Below, one piece after another: positions 12,611 through 25,358 of a stretch of DNA of 64,000 nucleotides. The DNA comes from Camelus ferus. Taxonomy: Eukaryota. The notes beneath the pieces were generated by a model. That model worked only from the letters and a program-made list of their open reading frames with translations, had not been told where the DNA came from and did not search any database. A program made the translations under genes and the position numbers. The number at the start of each line of letters is the position of its first letter. The first letter of the stretch is position 1. The stretch lies in NCBI RefSeq assembly GCF_009834535.1, contig NC_045725.1, positions 19,840,001 through 19,904,000 of the forward strand, read 5' to 3'.

Positions 12611-13449
12611 TTAAAGTTCTATGTAGGGAAGTTGGATTGGGATGACGGATCGACCACATGCTTATACTCTCCCTCCAACTCTACATTTCAACGCCCATGT
12701 GCACACATGTGTAAGTGTGTTGTGTGTATGTGTAGATTTGGAAGACACACACATACCAATAGTGCTGAAAATAAAAAAAAGAGTACCTTCAATGGACTAG
12801 AAACTTTAAATTGTTCTTGAAAGATAAAAGTAAGTGGATTGGCTCTATAGTAGGGGCGAGGGGATCATAAACCAAGCCAGAAGACTGCAAGGAAACAGAG
12901 CTAAGTCCAGGGTGCTTGGATCTCTGGGCCAACACATAAATGGAGCTGGAGGGCGGTCAATAATCAGTGATTAACTGCGGTGCTGTGCTTAGAACTGCTA
13001 GGCAAGCCAGGGCAAAAACGAGCTGGAGGAAGGGAGCACATGGCTTCAGAACTTGAACTCTGTGTCTCACCACATCTATTCCAAGAGCTGATCAAAATAA
13101 AGACAATATAGAAAATACAAGAATTCTGAGAATTTATGCCCCCACACTTCTGAAAGAATTACAGAAGGATGTATAATCCCCAAATGACAAATATAAACAA
13201 AAAAGAAATGGTACAGTCCACAGGAAACAGTAAGATGTGGCAAGGGAGCCCAAGAGTAGAGTCTATGTAATTGCTGATGCAATAAAAACAGAAAAGCCTA
13301 GAAGAAGCGCACTGATCTCACCTTGCAAAGTAAAGGACAGGGGAAGAAGCAGAAACTGGGGGATTAAAAGTGTGCTAAGATTTCTTCTTACCTTGTCTAG
13401 GAGACGTATAGATAATAACCAACTCTAGACTTTAATAGAAAATAATTTT

Positions 13450-15850
13450 AAATCTGTGAGTTGAAAATGAAAGAGTGATTTTTACAAGGTAAAAAAATAA
13501 GATACGTAATTCTCATGTCAGTAGCGGGGAACTGGAGCAAAGAAACAGAAACAAAGGCAATGTGATCAAGCCAAGAGAAGGATGGAAATTCAACCAGAAA
13601 ACTTGAGAAATATAAAAATCAACATGGCCAGAATAAGGCCAATGTATTTTCATAACTATAAACGTAATCTTATTTTGTTATGCTTATTTAGAGATTATAT
13701 TCCTCACATCAGGGTAGACAAATGTAAAGCTAAAACGCTGTGTGTAACAGACCACTAAGAATGAAACAGATATAGAATACGAAAAATAAAAAGATAGTGA
13801 ATATATGCAAGATAAAATCTACAAAAAAAAAGCACGCAGAACAACATGACTATCAGTTGAAGGTTAATTCAAGGCAAAATTAATCAAAAGAAAAAAGTAG
13901 GATATTTCATAATGATGAAACCCCAGCCTACCAAAAATATTAAATATTTTTGAACCCCTAATGTCTATTTATGACATAGATTTGAGGTATGTTTTTAAAA
14001 AATGAATACCTGAGAAACTGACAAATCTATCCTCAAAGTGGTAGTGAACAAATCCCAGAAACTAAAGCAAGTAAACTGAAAATAAGTAAGACCCTGTTTA
14101 ATATGTGAAAACAGAGAAAACCAAGAATATTCATTCTTTTCTAACGCATACAGAATGTTAAAAAAAAAAAAAAAGCCTGATAGCAGATGAAGCCACAAGG
14201 AAAATCTCACTGAATCACCCCCAACTAGGAAATATCCATGCCATTTCCCCTCCCAAAACATAATAAAGTAAGAAATTAAAAACAAAACCATAGTCACATG
14301 ACCATCATGAAAAACACTGTATTAGAGTGAAAATTTTTAACGTATTTTAAATAACTATTAGGCTAAACAGTAATTTTTAAATGACTTTTAAAACAATATA
14401 GACAGGAACAATAATAGTAGTATATTAAAAAAAAAATCTATGGGATGCAGCCAAACCAGTAGTCAAATGAAAAATTATGGCCTAAAATTATATATGTAAA
14501 GATAAAAATTAAGTGAACTAGGCATACAATATTAAAAGCCAGAGAAAATGAAAAATACTTTAAAGATTAACTATTAAAATATTAAAATACTTATGAAGTA
14601 AAAGTAAAACAGATGTAGATTATCAATAAAACCAAAAGAAGGTTCTTCAAAAAGACCAAAGAAAAGACAAACCTCTGGCAAGTCTGGGAGAGAAAAAAAC
14701 AGAGAGAAAGAAAAAGAGAAAACACAAATCAACAAGATTACAAACTATATCTGTACACAAATCTTAGTTATGGATAAGGAATTTTTCAATGTAATGTAAC
14801 TCTATAATTTTATGCAATAAGTGATGAAGTCTGGAAAATGAATGTTTCCTAGGAAAATATAAATTATCCCAAGTGACATACAGAGAATTAGAAACTGGAA
14901 AGTTAATCAGAAATTCACTTCCAAAGAAACCAGCACTAGGCAGTGTCTCCCAGATGTCAAAAAGTTCTGCTTTATGTAAGCTATTTTAAGGTACAGAAAG
15001 ATGTAGAAAAATTTCCCGCTGCCTTTTACATCAGCATCATAAAGGTGAGGTGTAGACTAGGCAGAGTAACACGGAAAAGAACGAAAATGATAAGCTACAC
15101 TCCAGGTGGAACAGGAAACACACTAAATCCCCAGATGACATGGGGCCCATGCAATTGAGTCACAAAATTTCTGGGACAAACCCCGTTTTCCATTTTATAT
15201 TAAATCCTGCTTTGCCAGCTTATATAAAATTTTATATTTTATATATTTTAGGTGTTATATACATTTATATTCTATTTATAATTTTATATAAACTAGCAAA
15301 GCAGGGCTTAGCTCAGGAATTTCTTTTTAAGTAGAACAAAGTTTTAAATTCTATGATACATGCATGGCTTTCGTTCAAACACACACACGTATATTCATCT
15401 TAAGAAGTCATGGATTATAAGCAAGTTTTCTTAATCTATTAAAAGGCTATTTATCTAACAATGAAGCACTAGAAATTTCTCTGCTCAAGTCAGAAAAGTC
15501 AAGGCTAACTGTATCCCCATTATTCTTTTAACAATTTACTGGACGTCTTTGCCAGTGTACTAGCATAAGAGAAATAAACTTGTCTAAGAGACAACAGTGT
15601 CTTATTTGTCAATGACTTTCTTGCTAGAAAATCTTCATCAGCTGAAACAAAACAAAACAAAAGCAAAAAACAAAAAAAACTATCAGAGGCTAGTCAAAAA
15701 GTTCTGTAATGTTGTGGGTTATAAGGTCGACATCTAAAAAAAGACAATGTTCCTATACAATCAAAGCTAACCAATTAAAAGTCGTAACAGAAAAAAAAAT
15801 CCTCTTCAAAAAAACACCTAAGGATAAAATAACAAGAACACTTCTAAAAA
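13450..15850 (+). mobile_element. Highly degraded ancient LINE-1 ORF2 remnants
   Basis: Very A-rich sequence with L1 ORF2-like motifs (AAAACCAAAAGAAGGTTCTTCAAAAAGACC...GACAAACCTCTGGCAAG; TTTAACAATTTACTGGACGTCTTTGCCAGTG). No intact frame; boundaries are approximate. Confidence 0.5.
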
Positions 15851-17929
15851 GTATTAAACTCTACTGAAGCCACACAAGTAAAATCTTTATAAATGGGGAG
15901 GGAGGGAAATTTTCCAAATAGTGAGTCCCTATATTATAACAGAGGTAATTTGCTCCAAATGAATCTATAAATGCAATGCAATCTCTTTTATATTTTACTC
16001 AGTGTACTTGTGTCTGAATTGTTAGAACTGCACTCACGTGTTATCTTTATAATGTTTTTTAAAGACATGCAAGTAAGGGGAAGAAAGTGCTGGGCATTTT
16101 TTTCACAGTGCATTTCGCAAGAAGGCACGCCTGCTGGGATGCTGCAACCAGACTAAGATGTTGTTTAGAGCAGATGTGGGCTTATCATATCCAGAGTCTG
16201 ACTTCTCCCCAAGCTCTTTGCAGCACCAAGCCAGTCACTTTTCTCTGTTTCCTGCTCAAACCCAAGTATCCAAAGAAGAGATGCCATTTCTCAACGACCA
16301 TCCACTCAGCACTGAGCCTTTCCACAAGGCTGTCTGGGTTGAAGTGCCTTCTTTTCCACTTGCTCGTATCACCTCGCACCGCTCTCTCCCGACTTCACTT
16401 GTGTGCCAGGTCACCTGTTTTGTTCGCACAGCCCATCCAGTTAACAGTGTGGACATATCTTTGATGCCTGTGGGGAAACTACCCTCCATGTACCCCTGAC
16501 ATTTAACCTGAAACACACCACGGGAGGTTTCACATCAAAATACTCAATCAAGCCTTTTTTTTTTTTTTAAGTAGATGTTAGGGAAAGCATTGTTTTTAAG
16601 AGTTTAGCTTTCCTGTGAGAATTCTAGCAAGGACTTGCTCCCTCTGCCCTTTTATGAATGCGGCTCAGCAAGGAAGGCACAGCAAAGGCTGAACTCTGGG
16701 TGTCAGTAAACTGTAAAACGGAGAGCCTCTCACATTCAGGTAGTAACTGCCTACCGGCCAGTCCTCAGAGCTCACCTTACCATCCGCATTTTCCAATTAA
16801 GCGATTCTCCACCAACATGTTACGACTGATCCAAAGCCTCTGCTCCACTGGATGAGCTCGATGTTATAAAAATGTAGAAAGAGGTGCTCAGTGGGAGGTA
16901 AAACGATTAAGCACCTTCTCTGTTTGAGAATAGATGGTCCCAAACTGGGGAGATGGCAACTCACAGTAAGAACACGGTACCATCACACACCCTCCACCCC
17001 ATTCCCCTTTACTCCGCAATATGGTAACTAGCACCCACGCCCCACCGGGGGGTGATCCGTAAGTCCTCCCTCTAACTGATGGGCACATTTTTCTTGGAAC
17101 AGGGAATAAGATGAATCACTCAATCCTACTCTTATCAAGAAAAATATGAAGAAGAGTCAAGCACAAATGGGAATAAATGATACGTCAAATAGTTATGATT
17201 ACACTTAACGGACACGAACAGCCACCAGAGTATAGCCCGTGACGCTGTCAGAGAGGCCGCTGCGGTCCTGGAGGCTTTGCTCATGCCAACCTGGCTCTTA
17301 CAGGAAGGACTTTAAACACCCACATGCTACCGCTGTCCAATGAGTGGGACTCAACAATGTGGCTTCCACAGCTACCACCCTTTTAAGAGGAAGGCGGCAT
17401 TTTACTTGGGGCACTGAACATCTGCAGAAATAATTCAAGAAACACTGCTATCATCCGTAATCAAGGGAAGCTCCGTACTGTATTGAACTTGGTATTATTT
17501 TGTGGAATAAGACACACCTACATCCAGAAGGCAGAGAGCCGAATCCTGGCCACCATTAGCCACTGTGCACCTCTAGAAAGATTATTTTTCTTTCTTTCTT
17601 TTTTTTTAACTTTATAGACTAGAAATAAAACCATCTAAAGTTTTATTAATTTTACTATGTTGTTCTTTTGATATGAAATGAAGTTTTGGAATTTAAAAAG
17701 AGAGAGAGAGAAAGAATGCCAACCTTCTCAGCAGGAAGTTTCAGAGAGTAATTAATGTTACCAAAGTTAGGAGTCAGACCAAAATACAAAGGTTCCCAAA
17801 GAATACTTGACCCATAGATTTTTAGAAACAAAGACCCATTCAAAGATACCATTCACTCTTCTCTACCAAAAGTCAACGGTAAGTTATAGCTTGACTAATA
17901 ATTTTCAGTTTTATCCTTGTAACAGCCAA

Positions 17930-18130
17930 CATTTATTAGTGCATTCCATAAGCCAGGCTCGTCTGTGTCTTACATACATTAAATTATTCAATCCTCACAA
18001 AATCCTCAAAGAAAGTGCTAATATTAATGCTATCTCACAGACAGGGAGGAGACTGAGGGATAGCAAGTTTAAATAACTTGCCCACAGATAAGATATTTGG
18101 CTAATAGAGCTGGAAAGATTGGTTTAAGGG
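17930..18130 (-). mobile_element. MIR SINE
   Basis: AGCCAGGC...TTATTCAATCCTCACAAAATCCTC...CACAGACAGGGAGGAGACTGAGG...AAATAACTTGCCCA. Confidence 0.6.
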
Positions 18131-19285
18131 CCACACCCTTGTACCCTTGAGCATGGCAGGGATGTCCAAGTAGTGGAGGAGACCAATCCAACTGGAATAT
18201 CTACTACACGTCAAATGTCCCCTCTGCCCTTATAGACGACACCCAGAAAACTAGAATATTTATTACCCACTCTGGAAAATTCTCTCAGCTAGGAAGGTTT
18301 AAATAAGTCTTAGTTGCCCACCCAAGGGTGGTGCATAAGTAAGAACGGGTCAACACAAAGAAAGAATGTTTCAGAGATGACGTTAAAAAAATCGGAATTT
18401 TGAAGAAAGGCTAGTTTGAGAACCACAGAAGTTCCTCTGAGTGAAGACTTAAAACAAGCTGTCTCTTACACAACTCGCCTAGCACTAAAATGATCTCGAC
18501 ATTCTGTTCACAAAAAGATGTCAAATTTCTCAACTGTGTAACAATTTCCGATCGACCTCATTTCTGCTTATTAGAGGATACTCCCTCTTCCAAACAACAG
18601 ATTTAGTCTAGTTCTGACTAAATTTACCAGTAAGTTACTTATGTCAAAACAAAAGTGTGAGGGCTTTTTTTCTCTTTTTCTTAAGAGCTAGCATCCTAGG
18701 GAGGGGTGCAGGGGTGGGTGGTGGAGGGGAAGGCAGGTGAGAAGAGGAAAGCCGAAAAGGAGGCGAAACATCCAAGTCCACACGATAAACAACGCAGAAC
18801 ACTGCATGAATTCAGCAAGTTTCTTGACCAGGCTGTACATCAGACAGCGCATCTGCTACAAACGAGTAAGAAAGAGCCCGTTCGGGGCTCTGCAGCGTGG
18901 AGGGAAAGCCAAACTCCTGGACAATCGCTACGCCTCAGCGGGAAGCAGGGATGGAGGAGGCAATCGGAGCTCCAGGAGCACGCAGGCAGGGAGTGTGTCT
19001 CTGGGAAGCAGAGGACACTGTCAGAAAACCTCCCTGAGAAAAGGCAGGGCGTTCACCAGGACAAGGAGGGAGGGTAAGGCCAGCCCTCGAGGGCAGAGCC
19101 ATTCCCCAAGAGCAGGGACCAGTTCAGTTTTCTTTATGGAATATTTAATTTACTCAGCTGTGTGGTCCATTTAAACACGTATTACTCCAGAAAGCTAAAA
19201 CCTAACATTTAAAAACTAGAGTTAATAATGACAACAGTAATAGAAATAGGTCGGGTGTAGAACAGACATCAGTCCTTTATTCTTG

Positions 19286-19455
19286 CAGTGGCGTGCGGAT
19301 ATACCGCCGTGGGCTGGAGGCGCATTTCCATGGTGTAAATGCTCCCACTGTGGTTGATTTCAAGCTCTCAAGGGCTTAATAGCCAACTGACAGCTTTCCT
19401 GAATACGTAACTACTAGCTCTCCTTCACATGATGCTTGTAAGTCAGCTGCAGCTC
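19286..19455. mobile_element. MER63A-like hAT-Blackjack MITE
   Basis: CAGTGGCGTGC...ATTTCCATGGTGTAAATGCTCCCACTGTGGTTGATTTCAAGCT...TTTCCTGAAT resembles recalled MER63A. Confidence 0.6.
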
Positions 19456-20148
19456 TTAAAGACGAAGTAAACGAAGGAACTCCGTGGGAAAATTTTAACA
19501 GTATGGAGCTACTCATCTGAGCATTAATCCTGGTTTTCTGTGTGAGCTCCAGGATGATTTTTAATCATCTTACCCGCATTTATCAATATTAAAATCTAAT
19601 TAGCATTTATTCTAAAATTTGTATGGAACCATAAAAAGTTCTTAATCACCAAAGCAATCTGGAAAAAGAAGAACAAAGCTAGAGGTATCACATTTCCTGA
19701 TTTCAAAACGTTTTACTCAAGGTAAAGTAATCATAACAGCGTGGTGCCGGCATTAAAACAGACACATGGAGCAATGAAATAGAATCAAGAGCCCAGAAAT
19801 AAATCCACGCGTAATCAGTCAACCAATCTGTTGACAAGGGTGCCAAGAACCCATAATGGAGAAAGGATCGTCTCTCCAATAAGTGGTGCTGGGGAAGCTA
19901 GACATCCCCCTTCAAAAGAGTAAAACCGGACCCCTTCCTTCAACACTCACAAAAGTCAAACTGAAATAGATCAAACACTTAAAGTAAGATATGAAACCGT
20001 AAGACTCCTAGAAACACAAAGGAAAAGCCCCTTGACATTGGTCTTAGCAGTGATTTTTTTTTTGACATACTAAAATCACAGGCAACAAAAGCTAAAATGT
20101 GAAACAGTATCAAACTAAAAACATCCTGCATAGGAAAGCATCAACAAA

Positions 20149-20436
20149 ATGAAAAGGCAGCCTATGAAATGGGAGAAAATATTTGCAAACCGTGTATCTG
20201 ATAAGGCGTTAATAACTGAAATATATAAAGAACTCATACAGGTCAAACAGCAGGAAAACAATCTAATTAAAAAATGGGCAGAGCACCTGAATAGATATTT
20301 TTCTAGAGAAGACACACAAATGGTCAACAGGTACATGAAAAGGTACTTAGCATCAGTAATCATCAGAGAAATGCAAATCAAAATCACAATGAAATATCAC
20401 CTCCCACCTGTGAGGATGGCTATTGTCAAGAAGATA
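20149..20436 (+). pseudogene. Dead LINE-1 ORF2p C-terminal fragment
   Basis: Translation [31 protein letters not shown]...[56 protein letters not shown] is L1 ORF2p-like. It is truncated by a SINE insertion and the upstream frame is broken. Confidence 0.85.
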
Positions 20437-20440
20437 GGAG

Positions 20441-20561
20441 AGGAGGGAGGTATAGCTCAGTGGTAGAGTCAGTGCCTAGCATTCACAGGGTCCTGGGTTC
20501 AATCCTCAGTACCTCCATTTAAAAAAAATTAAATAAATAAACACATCTAATTACCTTCCTC
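20441..20561 (+). mobile_element. tRNA-Ala-derived camelid SINE (Vic-1-like) nested in L1
   Basis: GGGAGGTATAGCTCAGTGGTAGAGTCAGTGCCTAGCATTCACAGGGTCCTGGGTTCAATCCTCAGTACCTCCA followed by the tail AAATAAATAAACACATCTAATTACCTTCCTC, which runs into a gap. Confidence 0.9.
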
Positions 20562-20922
20562 NNNNNNNNNNNNNNNNNNNNNNNNNNNNNNNNNNNNNNN
20601 NNNNNNNNNNNNNNNNNNNNNNNNNNNNNNNNNNNNNNNNNNNNNNNNNNNNNNNNNNNNNNNNNNNNNNNNNNNNNNNNNNNNNNNNNNNNNNNNNNNN
20701 NNNNNNNNNNNNNNNNNNNNNNNNNNNNNNNNNNNNNNNNNNNNNNNNNNNNNNNNNNNNNNNNNNNNNNNNNNNNNNNNNNNNNNNNNNNNNNNNNNNN
20801 NNNNNNNNNNNNNNNNNNNNNNNNNNNNNNNNNNNNNNNNNNNNNNNNNNNNNNNNNNNNNNNNNNNNNNNNNNNNNNNNNNNNNNNNNNNNNNNNNNNN
20901 NNNNNNNNNNNNNNNNNNNNNN
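20562..20922. other. Assembly gap (361 N)
   Basis: N-run at the SINE tail inside an L1. Confidence 0.99.
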
Positions 20923-21203
20923 TATTCGGCCATGAAAAAGGAAATCCTGCCATTTGTGACAATATGGATGAATCTAGAAGCCTATTATGCTAAGTGAAAT
21001 AAGCCAGACAAAGAAAGACAGTGTATGGTACCACACACATACAAAATTGAAAAAAAAAAAATGCTGAACTCATAGAAACAAAGAATAGTAGTTACTGATG
21101 GTCTAGGGGCATGGGCAAAATCAGGAAATGTGGCTCAAAGGGTACACACTTTCAGTTATAACAAAGTTCTGAGGATCTAAAGTACAATATGGTAACTATA
21201 GTT

Positions 21204-21399
21204 AGATTTGCAGATACTAATTACTATATATAAAACAAACAGCAAGTTTCTACTGTACAGCACAGGGAACTATATTCAATATCTTGTAGTAACCTATAAT
21301 GAAAAAGAATATGTGTGTGTATATGTATGACTGAACTGTTGTCCTGTACACCAGAAACTGACACACTGTAAACTAACGATACATCAATTGAAAAAAAAA
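21204..21399 (+). mobile_element. Younger camelid-type LINE-1 3' end nested in the 3' UTR of the older L1
   Basis: AGATTTGCAGATACTAATTACTATATATAAAA...CAGCACAGGGAACTATATTCAATATCTTGTAGTAACCTATAATGAAAAAGAATATG...TGTACACCAGAAACTGACAC plus polyA. It splits the host motif ACTATAGTT|AATA...ACTGTATACTTG. Confidence 0.85.
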
Positions 21400-24300
21400 T
21401 ACCATACTGTATACTTGAAATTTGCTAAGAGTAGATCTGAAGCACTCTCACCACAAAAAGGTAACTATGTGAAATGATGGTTGTGTTAACTGACTTGAGT
21501 GTGACAAATATTTCACAATGTATATGTATATTCAATCATCATGCTGTACGTTTTAAATAGATACAATTTTATTTGTCAAGTATACATCAATAAAGCTGGA
21601 AAAAATAAAAAATGTGGAAAAATTTAAAAAAAATTAAAATTGTTAGCATTGTATTACTTTTGACATCTCTTTCAACAAGGGATTTGAAACAAAATATATG
21701 TTTTAAAATATCACACCGTTAATTGGCTAAAAGTAAATAATTAAGATTCAACTTTCTCATCCCATCAGTTTCAAAGCAAATAGGGTGAATCGTCTTGGGA
21801 AATCATTATTAAATTTAAAAATGTTATTTACATCAATATTTAATACATGAATATGCATAATATTAACATGCAATGTGTTCCAATTGTGTTCACATTTAAA
21901 GACCTTAAAGGTTTTTTGTTTTGTTTTAAGGAAAAACTAAATCCAGATTCGCATTTTAAAAGCGAGAACACCCAGGTTTGGAGAAATAACAAAACCAGGA
22001 CATGGTGCCACACGTCACGGTAATTTCAGCTGCACCTGACGGGCTTTCTGCTAAACTTGCAGCCTCGAAACTGCTTCAGCATTCTCGACCATCCGAGAGT
22101 TCCCTAAGAAATGTTCACCATAAACTGTGGTCTGTATTAAACTGTATATGACAAGTTTGGTTTCTGTCCCCTGTTAAGGTCACGTACGAATTCAAATGTG
22201 CAGCAGGCAGAAAAACAAGGGTAGCGTCCAGAGATTCAAACCAAAGGAATCCAACCACACTCATGCAGACAAATACAAGTGTAACACTCAAAAACACAGG
22301 CAAAAGATGGATAGAATACTCGTCTTACCGTCAACCCCATTTTCCTTACACTGTAGGGAGCTTGGTGACAAAAATGCCAAAAATGAGCACCGAGCTACCC
22401 AGGTTCTGTCTGACGAAACTTCAGACCAGTGTATTCACCTTCATTTACTCATTAGTGAAATGAGGAGTTGGATTAGACAGTCTCTAAAGTATAAACAAAC
22501 TCTAATAAAAGTATGTGCATAAAAAAGTCTAGGTGATTTACCGACAATTTTGACTGATACTGGACTGCATGAGAACAGCTCCAGTTTGGAAATGGACAAA
22601 GACCCTTGACCTTCCTTTGAAGCAAAGATGTATGGCATTTCTGACTCAGTATAACGGGAGTCATTCTGGAAAGAAAAATGTGATAAAAGCCAAGGAAGCT
22701 GCTGTTAGTTTTAGCTATATGTTACCCTGTATTTCCTCTTTCCTCAAACATGCATTAAGGGAGCAGTTCTGGGAGGGCAAACTTTGTCCATGAACTGCCT
22801 TTCTAAGGCGATTCGGATTCTTCAGAGTGATGGAAAAGGACATTCACAGCTTTAGTCAGCAATGAAGTAAAGAAGTCACTAAGCCTTTTTTAAGTGAAAA
22901 ACTTGTTTCTTTCTCTTCGAATTCTATTTCATCAAATGCCATTGGAAGTGACACATCATTATCTATTTACCACCAAGAAAGGAAAAAAAAGTTGCAAATT
23001 AAATTGGCACAGCATACATTTCTGAGATGTTACAATTTGAAGCAAGTGCCTTAGAATCAATTGAATGTTGCGCCATAAGGCTTTGACCCAGGCCTCCCAG
23101 CATCTGGGACAAATCCACCTTCCAAGAGGAACCATAACGATGCAGGTGGGTCATGAGTCCCATTTGGCTCGACCCTCTCTCTCAACCCGCATCATATTTT
23201 TTAAGGGAAATCATTTATCATTTATACTAAACAGAATCAGGAAGAAAACAGTTAATGGAGGCTAAGAAGATATCCCCTGAACACTGTCTATGTTTCTCAT
23301 TCTTTTCAAGGCGAAGAGTTGCTGCTTTCTACGTGCTGTTTAGGGAACGTGTCAAACACGTCTGAAATGTCTAACGGCCACCAGCGTGCGTTCTCCGTTC
23401 CCATTCCCTAGTCTGATGGTCACATACACGGGAGCCAGAAAGGGGCTCAAAAGCCTTCATTTTCAAGAGGTAGAAACTGAGTCTTGGAAAATGATGCAGG
23501 CAGGGGAAGAATCATTATCAGACCTCCAGTCTATGAGCTGCTGGATTCTAAATATTCTGCTCAGTCATTCCTATCTTGGTCTATAAAGGACAACCTGGAA
23601 GAGGAGTCTTTCTTGCCCACTTGCCTGAATTTCCTCCCACTAATTTAATGATGTTCCATTTCTCTACTCCCATCCTTCAGATGGGACCACACATATATAG
23701 CACTCAGGTGCAGGACTCTGACACAAATTACTCATCAGGTTTCTCCAATCTTCCTTCTCACTCAGGTTCAGTGACAAAGGTTCGTTAAGTTGCACATAAT
23801 GAAGGAGGAGAACTTTGTAAAGCAAAGGAAGCATAAGAGCAGTGTATTCAATTTTCCCACACACCCTCCCTTTCTAAATAAAATTTTTAGTGAACACAAT
23901 GAAATATTTTTCTCTTGTTAATCTTAAGATACCACTAAATCATTTCTAAATGTCAAAAGCATTCTCCGTGTGACTCAATCCAAGCCCTGCAATGTGTACA
24001 TGTTGTATCACCCCTAATAGATGCTCAAATAAATACAGCTTCATCAGAAGACACTGCAATGAGACAAAGAATTAAACAGTCTAATTCTCTTGCTGTAATG
24101 TGTGTAAGAATTTAAATGCTTTCCCCATCACACACACACAAAAAACCATCTTGATATTTCTAAGTTTTATAGGAAATGTCCAAGAGAGGCGGTCTGTATT
24201 TCTGCAGGGTTAGCTACATCCCATGAATTGTAGATCTAAGCTATCATCTCCAGGAGATTCTGGAATCTGCCCCAAACAGGGCAGTGTCAGGTTTGGCTGG

Positions 24301-24749
24301 GAAAGAAAGAGAGAAAGGAAGGAAGGAAGGAAGCAAAGAAAGAGCAAGCATCACCTCATTCCAAACCACACGTGCCCCAAGCATTACGGTTGCCACACAA
24401 GCCAAATGTCCCATTATGACCTTCAAAGAAGACACGTCTGCTGTGATCCAGGATTAAGATACACTCCAGATTCTAACGCCACCACAAAACACTGGGTTTA
24501 CCCTGATAACGAATTTTTTAAATCCTGTTCCATAAACTCAGATCAACTGAAACCCCATGGCCAAACGCTCCCAAGACATTTTACACTAGACTAGCCCGGA
24601 TCATTGAGATTCATGTCTTTCTCCACCGTCGATGGTCTGGGAGTGATCTCAAAAAGAGACTTCTTTTTTGGCCAAAAGACCCCAAACCAAGATGGCCAAT
24701 GGGATAATACTCTCTTTTGAGCCCTTCAGTGATGCTGCTTTCTGAGACT

Positions 24750-25060
24750 GAGGGCTGGCAGGCAGGGCGCCCCGTCAGAGCTGCAGAGCGCTCTGCAGCT
24801 GTCTGTGCTGTGCCGAGTCAAAGTGAAAAGGAGGAAAGATGGTCTCTGACAACAGACAGCTGTCAATCCGACGGCGCGCTCACACTTGGCCGGCCAATGA
24901 GCAGCCACGGAGGCGACAAGTGCTTGGCTGATCAGCTTGCCTGTAAAATCACAGCTCTGCCGAGCGCTGCTCACATCAGCACATGCAGCGACAGCACGTT
25001 CAGTTTTCGGCTCTCCTGTTCTCAGCCTCTGTGTGTGAGTGTCTCTCACTCACCCACCCC
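24750..25060. promoter_or_regulatory. CpG-containing enhancer or alternative-promoter-like module (TALE-homeodomain/E-box site, CCAAT box, palindromes)
   Basis: Non-repeat segment with locally dense CpG. It contains GATTGACAGCTGTC (minus, 24855-24868; PBX/MEIS-like overlapping an E-box), CCAAT at 24894-24898 and a 22-bp perfect palindrome at 24779-24800. Confidence 0.5.
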
Positions 25061-25339
25061 AGTGTTATTAGCGCCGTTAGAAAGGCTCAGGTCATTGCAA
25101 GATGTGTAGAAACAGAAGTCAAACCAAAGGAAGCTGGAAAACGAGAACAGGAAAGGGAATCTCTGCCACAAAATGCCCCCAAGGAAAACACAGTGATACA
25201 CTAACCTATTCAAAGCTGGTTTGCATTGATTCGGGGTTCTAGTGGTACCCATCACAGGCACCTAGACACGTGTATCAGAAAAGAGGCAGAACGGTGCCCC
25301 TGGCCTCTCCCCCAGCCTCCATCTTGTCTTTTTCCGCTC

Positions 25340-25358
25340 TAGCCACCAGGGGGCAACT
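25340..25358 (+). promoter_or_regulatory. CTCF-binding motif
   Basis: TAGCCACCAGGGGGCAACT; the core CCACCAGGGGGC is identical to the CTCF consensus core. Confidence 0.7.

Larger units (their letters stand above)
19575..21610 (+). mobile_element. LINE-1 (L1MA9-like), 5'-truncated: ORF2 C-terminus plus 3' UTR, carrying two nested younger insertions
   Basis: Starts near CTAAAATTTGTATGGAACC...AAGAACAAAGCTAGAGGTATCACATTTCCTGATTTCAAA. The 3' UTR includes GAAATTTGCTAAGAGTAGATC and ends CAATAAAGCTGGAAAAAAT. Confidence 0.85.

Noticed and set aside
18706-19174. Overlapping 123 and 145 aa ORFs
   Set aside because: Purine-rich, L2-like degenerate sequence; peptides are unrecognisable.
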